Shown here piece after piece: positions 50,735 to 61,028 of a stretch of DNA of 64,000 nucleotides (position 1 is the first letter of the stretch; each line of letters opens with the position of its first letter). The translations under genes and the position numbers were made by a program. This DNA is from Isurus oxyrinchus (lineage: Eukaryota): the NCBI GenBank assembly GCA_026770705.1, contig JANJGN010000017.1, forward strand, positions 12,338,001 to 12,402,000. Direction: 5' to 3'. The notes under the pieces are model-generated. The model was not told the origin of the DNA and made no database searches. It saw only the letters and a program-made list of their open reading frames with translations.

Positions 50735-51150
50735 GTTGTCTCAATACTATCCCCTCTGAATCAGAGGTTTGTGGGTTCAAGTCCCACTACAGCGGCTTGA
50801 ACACCTTAATACAGGCTGATGCCTCAGTGCAGTACTGAGGGAACACTGCAGTGTTGGAGGCAATGTCTCCCAAATGTGATGTTTTGCCAAAGCCCCATGT
50901 CCTATTCAGGTGGATGGAAAAGATCCCATGGCACTACTTGAAGGCCAGGGAGTTCTCTTGGTGTCCTGGCCAATGTTTATCACACAACTAAACAGCAGAT
51001 TTTCAGGCCATTTATCATACAGCTGATTGTTGGGCCTTTTGCCTGCAAAACAAGCAGTGACTGCACTTCAAAAGCAATTCATTGGCTGTAAAGCGCTTTT
51101 GGCCGACCGGATGATGTGAGAGGTTCTATATGAATGAAAGCCCTTTCTTA
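50735..51150 (+). mobile_element. DeuSINE, near full length
   Basis: GTGGGTTCAAGTCCCAC B-box; CAGTGCAGTACTGAGGGAAC; AAAGATCCCATGGCACTA. Confidence 0.8.
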
Positions 51151-51302
51151 TACAGTTGCTTTTCATGTCCAAACACCTCAAAGCGTTTCAGACAGAATAA
51201 GTTACTCTTGGACTGCAGTGAGTTATGCTGTGTGGGCCAATTCAGAACCCATTCTGTGCCAGTAATGTCCCAACCAGCCATGACATGAATGACCAATTTA
51301 GA

Positions 51303-52015
51303 AAAAGGAAAAAGAAAGACTTGCTTTTAAACAGCGCCTTTCATAACTTCAGGACATCCCAAAGCGGTTTACCGTCACTGAAGTGCTTTTGAAGTGTAGT
51401 CACTGTTGTAATGTCGGAAACGCAGCAGACAATTTGTACACAGCAAGGTCCAACAATCTCATGACCTCTGCCACCTAAAAGGTCAAGGGCAACAAGCATA
51501 TCGAAGCCCCACCACCTCCAAGCTCTACTCCAAGTCACACACCATCCTGACTTGGAAATAAATCGGTTGTTTCTTCATCATCGTTGGGTCTAATGGAACT
51601 TCCTATCTAAAGTCATTGTGAGTGTACCTACACCACATGGACCACAGTGTAGCAAGAAGGTGGTTCACCACCATCTTCTCAAGGGTAATTGGGGATGGAC
51701 AATAAATACTGGTCTTGCCAGCGATGCCCACATCCCGAGAATTAATAAATAAAAAAGAAAACTGCAATGCAGTAATGTTGGTTGAGGGATAAACTTTGGC
51801 CCGGGCATCAGGGAGAACTCTCCTGCTCATCTTCGAAATAGTGCCACGGGATCATTACATCCACCTGAAAGGACAGAAGCAGCCATTGTTTAATACCTCA
51901 TCTGAAAATCAGCACCTCCAACAGTGCAGCACTGAAGTGTTGGCCTAGATTTTGTGCTCAAGTCCCTGGAGTGGGAATTGAACCTTTGACCTTGTGAGTC
52001 AGAGCCACGGCTGAT
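51303..52015 (-). mobile_element. DeuSINE interrupted by a + strand APE-RT LINE tail (about 51457-51760)
   Basis: SINE halves are colinear around an insert ending GCCAGCGATGCCCACATCCCGAGAATTAATAAATAAAAAA. Confidence 0.8.
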
Positions 52016-52407
52016 AAAACTGAAGCTTGGCAGCCTGATCGACTTCATACATAAAGCTGAACGCAGTCTCACCGTTGAAACAGGGCCTCCTGAAGCAACC
52101 TCCCTCTGCCATATTGAAGCTTGATCACCTCACTTGATAAAAATGGCTCGGAGGGTTTTTGGTTATTGGTCGCACTTCAATGACATCTGAGGTGTAACCG
52201 AATCTGTTGGACATTTTTCTTCTTCTTATTCTCCCTGGGAATATACATACAGCAGAATTCCCATGGGGAATGTCATGCACCTTCAAAGTAAGACCAAGGA
52301 AAAGACTATAAACTGCATAGCAGTTCTGCAGGGAAAAACAACAAAAAAACCCCCAACCCTTTCCTAACAAGACTCTTCAGACCTGCCAGAGTTTAACTTG
52401 AGTTTGC

Positions 52408-52725
52408 ATTTTTTTTTTATTCTTTCATGGGGTCTGAGCATCATTGGCAAGACCAGCGTTTATTGCCCATCTCTAGTTACCCTTGAGAAGGTGGCAATGA
52501 GCTGCCTTCTTGAACTGCTGCAGTCCATGTGGTGTAGGTACAGCCACAGTGCTGTTAGGGAGGGAGTTCCAGGATTTTGACCCAGCGACAGTGAAGGAAT
52601 GGTGATATATTTCCAAGTCAGGCTGGTGAGTGGCTTGGAGGGGAACTTGCAGGTGGTGGTGTTCCTGTGTACCTGCTGCCCTTGTCCTTCTAGGTGGTGG
52701 AGGTTGCGGGTTCAGAAGGTGTCGT
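52408..52725 (-). mobile_element. APE-RT LINE 3' tail fragment
   Basis: Poly-T, then ATTCTTTCATGGG..CCCTTGAGAAGGTGG..GGAGTTCCAGGATTTTGACCCAGCGACAGTGAAGGAA. Confidence 0.85.
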
Positions 52726-53008
52726 CAAAAGGTACTGTTTATTCCTTCCCAAATTGGACTTCTGTTTGCAATAGATGTCACTCGTACTGCGCATGTACCT
52801 GGTACAAAAACAGTCAATGTGCTGCCCTCAAGAATTACAATGTCTTGTTAGGCATCACTGCAGTTTTCATTTAGTCCGATGAGCTTCACATTTGAACAGA
52901 AGTTTACGAAGCTGCAGGCAGTGAGTGGAGAATCAGCATTGCTACTCTCAACCCACATTTCCAGATGCTATCTCTAACTCAATGATACTATGACTACTGT
53001 AAAGTAGC

Positions 53009-53110
53009 AGAAGAGTTCTGTGGAAGGGTCGTGAGGACTCGAAACGTCAACTCTTCTTCTGCGCCGATGCTGCCAGACCTGCTGAGTTTTTCCAGGTAAT
53101 TCTGTTTTTG
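53009..53110 (+). mobile_element. Penelope-type repeat with minimal type I hammerhead ribozyme fold (one core mismatch)
   Basis: Stem I AGAAGAGTT/AACTCTTCT, core CTGTGGA, stem II GGGTC/GACTC, then GAAAC-GTC. Confidence 0.65.
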
Positions 53111-53154
53111 GTGTAGAAGATTTATTCTCATGGATATCAAGCAGATAGGACCAT

Positions 53155-53310
53155 TGGACAGAATTTTACGCCGGCTGGATTTTACAGTTCCACCGAAGTG
53201 AATGGGCTTTTTGATGGCTTGCCGCATTTTACAGCCTCGCCCCCTCCTGCCCCCCTCTTCCATTCCCCCCCCCCCCCACCGCACTGTACTAGGGATGTAA
53301 AATCCCTCCA
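53155..53310. mobile_element. Short Harbinger-type MITE related to 46437-46558
   Basis: GGACAGAATTTTAC..GAAGTGAATGG..GTAAAATCCCTCC. Confidence 0.5.
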
Positions 53311-53894
53311 CAGGAATATAACAAGCGAGACAACCAGGTAGAAGATCATCTTGGGAAACTGTTTGCACGACTTGCTGAGTACTTCCAGCATTTTCTATTT
53401 TTAATTTCAGATTTCCAACATTCACAGTATTTCGCTTTTGGTTTAGGTGTTGCATGGGCACCTGCTGTATGACCTGCACAATATCTCGATCCACCCTAGT
53501 CAATCAAACTCAATATCGGGCAGGATGTAATACAGGTGGCTGCGCGATATCGCCAGAGGCACGTTGCTACCCAAACTTGTTAACAATGGACGTTTTTAGG
53601 TTCTATAAGGATTCTGGTGTCTTGCTTGAGTTACCTTTGTAAATCAGGGAGAAACTTCCAGAACGTCACTTGAAGGTTTAGTGCATTGAGCAGGTTCCCC
53701 AAAAGTTTGGATTGCACACAGCTTATGGAAGGAACAGACTTGATGAGACTGATGGGTCTTTCTCTGTCCCTTATCAAATAAGTCCGAACATCACTAGCTT
53801 TATTTTGTCATGGGGCATTTAAACCATATATCTGATTATACATTTTCATGAATAGCTTTGTCTCAACAACAGGTTGAGACCCTGTACTCCAGAA

Positions 53895-54272
53895 ATAAAG
53901 GCTGAGAGGTGACCCGATTGAGATCTTCAAAATGATGAAGGGTTTTGATAGGGTGGATGTAGAAAAAGATATTTCTACTTCTGGGGAGTACAAAACTAGA
54001 GGCAATAAGGATTTTTTTAAAAAGCCATTAATAAATCCAATAAGCCATTCAGGAAAAATGTCATTACCCAGAGAATGTGGAACTTGTTACCACAAGGAGT
54101 ACAGTAGTTGATGCAAATAGTATTGACGCATTACACATGAGGGAGAAAAGAATAAAAGGATACTCAGATAGGGTTGGATGAAGCAGGGCGAGAGGAGGCT
54201 CATGTGGAGTGCAAGCACCTGGATGGACCAGTTGGGCTGAGTGGGCAATTTCTGTACTGTAAATACTCTGTA
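53895..54272 (+). mobile_element. CR1 3' fragment
   Basis: RLRGDPIEIFKMMKGFDRVDVEK translation, then tail. Confidence 0.75.
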
Positions 54273-55312
54273 TGCAGAATAACCAAGTCTTGAACGTTGA
54301 TCTCTTAACTTAAACTTGAAATGGATGAGGAGATGTCCTGCCACTGGCAGAAGATGCATTGCAACTCCAGAAGATTAGGCATGAAGCTCAGCTTGTGATC
54401 TAAGATGAACATCACTTGGAAAAGAATTGTGAAAGAGGATGAGGTATTTTCTTAATGCCTGTTTGTAGAGCTATCAGAAACAGGGGATGATGTCCAATAC
54501 TGGCTGTTTGAACTAAAGGCCATTTAAGGATTTATTAAGTAGCGCAATCATCTTCAATTAAGTATATGTTCATTAGAAAGGAAAATGGCAAATATGTCAG
54601 CACTTTATTGAACAAATAAAGCTGGTTGCACCATAGTCATATGGACATGAAAGCCAAATAAACAAGCCATTGAATTAGGGGCTTACACAGTCTGTACCCA
54701 TTAGTTAGACACTATAGACTTTGTGAGCCATGAAATGGTGATGCTTCAAGTCCCCTTTCCTCCTCACTATTCCACTTCTGTAATCCGCTTGGGAGGTACA
54801 AGCCAACTCTTATAAGCAGAAAATGATAAGAAGACACTGATGATGGATGGTTAGTTTAGGTTGTGTGCTAATACTCTTCAGGTTGTAACCCGAGTGTATT
54901 GCTTTGGGTTCCCCACCAATAAAAGCCAAGAAAGCTACTTTAAACATCATTTAATGCAAAAGAGTTCAGACAGATAACTTTGTTATCTTTGGAAATCAGG
55001 GAATATTTGTGTCAAACTTTCCCTCAAAAGTTTAAGTGGGTGGGCTAGAGCCTATAATAGGCTAGATTGTGAATGAAGGGCTTGATGGGCTTTGACCACA
55101 TTTGGCCTCTGTCTCATTATTTTTACAGGGCCAATACCTCAAGCAGGGGGAAAAAACTCACACTACCTGTTAGGAGCCAATGCAGACTAACTAGAACAGG
55201 GGTAATGGACAAGCAGGACTTGGGGTAGGATAAGATTTCAGGTTTGGGGAGGAAACATTCTGACAGTGGTTAAAAATAATGTTCCCTTTTAACTTGTAGA
55301 ACATTATCACCT

Positions 55313-55640
55313 GGGGAGGTGATGGCATAGTCATATTGTTGTTAGACTAGTAATCCAGAAACCCAGGGTAATGCTTAACCAGGTCAACTGGGTTTGAATC
55401 TGACCACAGCAGATGGTGGAATTTGAATTCAATAAAAATCTAGAAAAGCCTATGATGACCATGAAACCATTGCCGTAAAAACCCATCTGGTTCTCTAATG
55501 TCCCTTAAGGGAAGGAAATCTGCTGGCCTACATGTGATGCCAGACCTATGGTAATATAGTTGACTCTTAACTGCCTCTGAACAAGGACAATTAGGGATGG
55601 GCAATAAGTGCTGGCCTAGCCAGCGATGTCCACATTGCTG
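55313..55640 (+). mobile_element. Complete tRNA-derived SINE (MetaSINE/SlmI-like) ending in the APE-RT LINE tail
   Basis: A-box-like TGGCATAGTCA, B-box-like GGTTTGAATC; body GTAAAAACCCATCTGGTTCTCTAATGTCCCTTAAGGGAAGGAAATCTGC; tail AATTAGGGATGGGCAATAAGTGCTGGCCTAGCCAGCGA. Confidence 0.8.
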
Positions 55641-55971
55641 ACCATCCCAACACTGAGCCTTTATCCAGTCTTGGCAAAGACCCCATTCTGTGCCAGTGAC
55701 CATATTCCACTTGCTGTACAAGTTATCTCCCCTGAATAATAATGGCAATTTATTGCGAACAAGAACCATTGTTATACTAATGTCTACCATACACAGGATT
55801 ACAACACACTGGGGGAAATTTTAAACACACGCTCAAAAAAAAACACAAATGGATTTGGTTTGGATGGGAGGTTAAAAACTTAAAATCTTGAACCCACCCA
55901 CTTCTGATTTTAATGGGGTTGGCACTAAGGCCGAGTGTCCAATCTTCTTGCAGGAGGCAGTTTGGAAAACC

Positions 55972-58900
55972 TGACAGTGAAGGAACGGTGATATATTTCC
56001 AAGTCAGGATGGTGAGTGGCTTGGAGGGGAACTTCCAGGTGGTGGTGTTCCCATTTATCTGCTGCCCTTGTCCTTCTAGTTGGTAGCGATCTTCGGTTTA
56101 AAAGGTGCTGCCTATGGGGCCTTGATGAATTTCTGCAGTGCACCTTGTAGATGATACACACTGTTGTCACTGTGCATTGGTGTTGGAGGGAGTTTGTGGA
56201 AGGGGTGCCAATCAAGTGGGCTGCTTTGTTCTGGACGGTGTCAAGCTTCTTCAGTGTTGTGGGAGCTGCACTCATTCAGGCAAGTGGAGAGTATTCCATC
56301 ACACTCCTGACTTGTGCCTTGTAGATGATGGACAGGCTTTGGGGAGTCAGGAGGTGAGTTACTCATCGCACGATTCCTAGCCTCTGATCTGCCCTTGTAC
56401 ATGGCTAGTCCAGTTCAGTTTCTGGTCAATGGTAACTCACAGGGTGTTGCTAGTGGGGGTTTCAGTGGTGGTAATGCCATTGAACATTAAGGGGCGATGG
56501 TTTGATTCTCCCGTGTTGGAGATGGTCATTGCCTGGTATTCGTTTGGTTGAATGTTACTTGCCACTTTTCAGCCCAAGCCTGGATATCATCTGGGTGTTG
56601 TATTTGGACATGAACTGCTTCAGTATCTGAGGAGTCGTGAATGGTGCTGAACATTGTGCAATCATAGCAAACATCCCCACTTCCGATCTTACGATGGAGG
56701 GAAGGTCATTGATGGAGCAGCTGAAGATGGTTGGGCTGAGGATATTACCCGAAGGAACTCCTGCAGTGATGTCTTGGAACTGAGATGATTGACCTCCAAC
56801 AACCACAACCATCTTCCTTTGTGCTAGGTATGGCTCCAACCAGTGGAGAGTTTTCCCCCTGATTCCCATAGACTCCAGTTTTGTGAGGGCTCCTTGAAGC
56901 CACTCTTGGTCAAATCTGCCTCGATGTCAAGGACAGTCACTCTCAACTCATCTCTGGAATTCAGCTCTTTTGTCCATGTTTGAACCAAGGCCGTAATGAG
57001 GTCAGAAGCTGAGTGACCCTGGCAGAACACAAACTGAGAGTTAGTGAGCAGGTTGTTGCTAAGCAAGTGCCGCTTGATAGCGCTGTTGATGGCCCCTTCC
57101 ATCACTTTACTGATGATCGAGAGTAGACTGATGAGGCAGTAATTGGCTGGGTTAGATTTGTCCTGCTTTTTGAGTACAGGACATAACTGGACAATTTTTG
57201 ACATTGTCGCTAGATGCCAGTGTTGTAGCTGTACTGGAACCGCTTGGCTCGGGGCATTGCAGGTTCTGGAATACAGGTCCTTGGTACTATTGCCGGAATA
57301 ATGTAAGGGCCCGTAGCCTTTGCACTAGTCAGTGCTTTCAGTCATTGCTTGATATCATGTGGAGTGAATTGAATTCGCTGAAGACTGGCATCTGTTTTGC
57401 TGGGGACCTCCAGAGGAGGCCGAGATGGATCATCCACTCGGCACTTCTGGCTGAAAATTGCAGCAAATGCTTCAGTCTTATCTTTTGCAATGATGTGTTG
57501 GGCACCTCCATCATTAAGAATGGGGATATTTGTGGAGCATCCTCCTCTTGTGAGTTGTTTAATTATCCACTACCATTCATGACTGGATGTGGCAGGACTG
57601 CAGAGCTTAGATATGATCCGTTGGTTGTGGGATTGCTTAGCTCTGTCTATCACTTGCTGCTTATGGTGTTTGGCACACAAGTAGTCCTGTGTTATAGCTT
57701 CACCAGGTTGACACCTCATTTTTAGGTATGCCTGGTGCTGCTCCTGGCATGCCCTCCTGCACTCTTCATTGAACCAGGGTTGAACCCCTGGCTTGATGGT
57801 AATGGTAGAGTGGGGGATATGCCGGGACATGAGGTTATAGATTGTGTTGAGTACAATTCTGCTGCTGCTGATGGCCCACAGCGCCTCATTGATGCCCAGT
57901 CTTGAGTTGCTAGATCTGTTCGAAATCTATCCCATTTAGCACCATGGTAGTGCTACACAACACGATGGAGGGTATCCTCAATGTGAAGGTGGGACTTCGT
58001 CTCCACAAGGAATGTGCGGTGTCACTCCTACCGATACTGTCATGTACAGATGCATCGCTGCAGGCAGGTTGGTGAGGATGAGGTCAAGTATGTTTTTCCC
58101 TCTTTTGGTTCCCTCACCGTCTGCCACAGACCCAATCTAGCAGCTATGTCCTTTAGGACTCGGCCAGCTCCGTCTGTGGTGGTGCTACCAAGCCACTCTT
58201 GGTGATGGACATTGAAGTCCCCCACCCAAAGTACATTCTGCACCCTTGTCACCCTCAGTGCTTCTTCCAAGTGGTGTTCAACATGGAGGAGCACTGATTC
58301 ATTAGCTGATTCATCATTCATCGGTAGGTGGTAATCAGCAGGAGGTTTCCTTGCCCACGTTTGACCTGATGCCATGACACTTCATGGGGGCTGGAGGTAA
58401 TGTTGAGGACTCCCAGGGCAACTCCCGCCCGAATGTATACCACTGTCCCGCCACCTTTGCTGGGTCTGTCCTGCCGGTGGGACAGGACTTATCCAGGGAT
58501 GGTGATGGTGGTGTCTGGGTCATGATCTGTAAGATATGAATCCGTGAGGATGACTAGTCTAAAATACAGCTGTCCCAATATTGGCACTAGCCTCCAGATG
58601 TTAGTAAGGAGGACTTTACAGGGTCGACAGGGTCAAGTTTGCTGGTGTCATTTCTGGTACCTAGGTCGACATCTGTAGTCTGTCCAGTTTCATTCCTTTT
58701 TATAGCTTGCTAGGCCATTTCAGAGGGCATTTAAGAGTCAACCACATTGCTGTGGGTCTGGAGTCACATGTGGGCCAGACCAGGTAAGGACTGCAGATTT
58801 CCTTCTCTAAAGGGCACTAGTGAACCAGATGGGTTTTTATGACAATCCAGATTCTGGATTTTTATTGAATTCAAATTCCACCATATGCCGTGGTGGGATT

Positions 58901-58979
58901 TGAACCCAGATCCCCAGAGGTATTACCCTGGGTCTCTGGATTACCAGCCCACTGACAATACCACTACACCACCGCCTCC
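55972..58979 (-). mobile_element. SINE-headed APE-RT LINE with intact 5' head; about the last 170 bp of the tail missing; disrupted ORF
   Basis: Head 58979-58705 (A-box TGGTGTAGTGG 58971-58961, B-box GGTTCAAATCC 58906-58896); ATG at 58693; EN VLWVGDFNVHHQEWLGS; RT motifs. Confidence 0.93.
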
Positions 58980-58984
58980 TGCAG

Positions 58985-61028
58985 TTCGCTGGAATCATAC
59001 CCCATGCCAAACTTAAAATACACATCTGTGGGAAAATATGCTGGTGCACCACACAATTTGACAAGTGTGTTGTGCAGAAGTCAGGACTTACCGTCAGGGC
59101 CTTGCTCACATCACGGACATCTGAGGAGCAGAAGGTGCTGGAGGAGCGTCCATTGCATGCTGGGTGGATTCTCATGGATATGTTTCCACCACGAAGCAGC
59201 TCACGGAAGGTGGAAGGTCACTGTTAAGGGTCTGCTTCGGGACGTCAGTGTCTTGGCCATGGTCTGCAACGGATGATCGTCGAGGGGGTGTAGAGGAAGG
59301 TCAAGGGTTGACTGGGAAAGGAAGATGTGTCGGTGGGGGGAGGGGGGTGAATTTGGGAGAGGGGATGGATAGTGTTGGGGGGGGGTGAGGTTGGGGGGAG
59401 GGGTACAGGGGGAGGAGGGCGTAAAGGGGAGAATACAGCAACTGGAGAGATAGGTGTAAAGGGGGAGGAAGTTGTAATGGAAGGAGTTCAGAGGGGGGAA
59501 CGGAGTTCAGATGGGGGAAAGACTTTGGGTGGAGGAAGGAGTTCGATGGGGGCAGGACTTTGTGGGGAGCAAGGAATTCCGAGAGGCACTCCTCCAACTC
59601 CTCTTGTTGAGGACTTGCAACAGCTCTGTGTGATGTTCTCCCGCCTTCTACTGACTCTCCACAATGAGTTGGAAGGCCGACTCCAGAGGCTCGTCATCTG
59701 ACTCGGACCTCACAGATGCTCTTCCCCAGCAGTCCTCCGAATGCTGAGGAGCTCAGCTCAACCTGCCTCTTCCAGCTGCGGACACATGTCCGTGCAGTGA
59801 CTACCAGATTGTGGACCCAAGCCTGCTGTGTATCTGGGTCCCACCGAGGTGTGTGTCCCTGCGCTGGTGGAGGCTGTGGGTAAGCATTGTGACAGATCTT
59901 CCAGGCTGCTTATTTCCAGCTCTTTGATGGAGGAGGTGTCTTCTTGGCTGGAGGTGAGGATCTGGCAGGAGCTGGAGCTGGAGCTGGATCTGAGGGACTG
60001 GCTGGCTGAGGGTGTCAGTCGCTTGGCAGAGCTCTCTGTGAACCAAAGTAGAGATAAGTAGTGCATGGCATAAGAGTCAAAAGCAGGAGAGAGAGCACTC
60101 ACATTTGCGTTGAGAGAGGGATGACGTAGTGCAGGATCCTCACATGGGTGTTTGCCACCGACCTCATCGTCACCGCAGGCAGGGTCCATGTCCTCACCAG
60201 TTAGTGTGATGGCTCATTCCTCAAAGTGACCTAATGTGGGCAAATCCACGCCCGGTCTGGAACCTCTCCCTGCTGTTGTCAGCCAGCTTCTTCTGCATTA
60301 AAACAGATGGAGAGAGTGTGAGCAGGACACGTGGCACTGCGTGGAATGTTTGTGTGGTGAGCGGAGCCATGGACAGGATGAGGACGCGAGCTCCAGAGGG
60401 TATGGGCCTGATGGAGATGTGAGGGTGTGTGTGAGAGTTAGTGGTCTTGACCTTTGAGGTGTGAGATCCCTGTGGATGAGTAATGGGTTTGTGAGCGTGT
60501 GAGTTGACAGTGATGAGAAGAGTGACTTACCAAGGTGGAATGGATGAGAGCATTCATCCTCTTTTGGCACTGGATGGCTATCCTTTTTTGCAGGGTACTA
60601 GCCCTCACCACTGCTGCCACCGCCTCCCCTGCTGGATTTGCCACCTTTCTTGCTGGTCTTTGCCCAGAACGAGGGTAGAGGACATCATGGCGGGCCTCCA
60701 CGGCATCCAAAAAGCGTTCCAGGGGATGTGTCACTGAATCGGGGGGCCTTTTAGGGCACGTCTTCATGCAGCAGCCCTGGGTTGGAAGCACTGACAGGTG
60801 TGTGCGCACTGCTGCACATTAAATATGGTGCCCAGTGTGAACAAGCGGCAAGATGACTGTGTGACTAGCCAATCAGAGACCTCCCGCCAGCAAAATGGTT
60901 TATTGCCAGGAATGCATGTTTAATGAGGTGGGATTGGGCATGAAAAGCCGCCATTGCAGCTGGTGGGTAAAATGCTCTTTTTCCAGCCCACTGCCACACT
61001 TAGTGCAAATCTGGGACGATTCTGCCCA
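58985..61028 (-). mobile_element. PIF/Harbinger transposon remnant carrying a multi-exon Myb/SANT-like gene (disrupted)
   Basis: Terminus GGGCAGAATC at 61027; exon 1 LERFLDAVEARHDVLYP..AVAAVV..RIAIQCQKRMNAL|GTAAGT (60530); exon 2 from 60292 KKLADNSRERFQTGRG; exon 3 from 60035. Confidence 0.75.
59330..59575. repeat. G-rich purine low-complexity tract (G-quadruplex potential)
   Basis: Many G4-G10 runs. Confidence 0.7.

Noticed and set aside
52875-52920. Small + strand AG/GTGAGT-bounded block (PMSFTFEQKFTKLQA)
   Set aside because: Phase incompatible with the 48360 donor frames considered, and no other support.
52994-53642. 169-aa - strand ORF and Cys-rich + strand ORF with an apparent acceptor at about 53445
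   Set aside because: They cross a Penelope repeat, a MITE and poly-C; the acceptor is supplied by the repeat's T-rich end.
58890-58979. tRNA gene
   Set aside because: Has A and B boxes but no convincing cloverleaf or downstream T-run; it is a tRNA-derived repeat head.
55948-58984. Short inverted match (TGCAGGAGGC) flanking the LINE
   Set aside because: One side belongs to an unrelated MITE and the other to the SINE head; chance, not a TIR.
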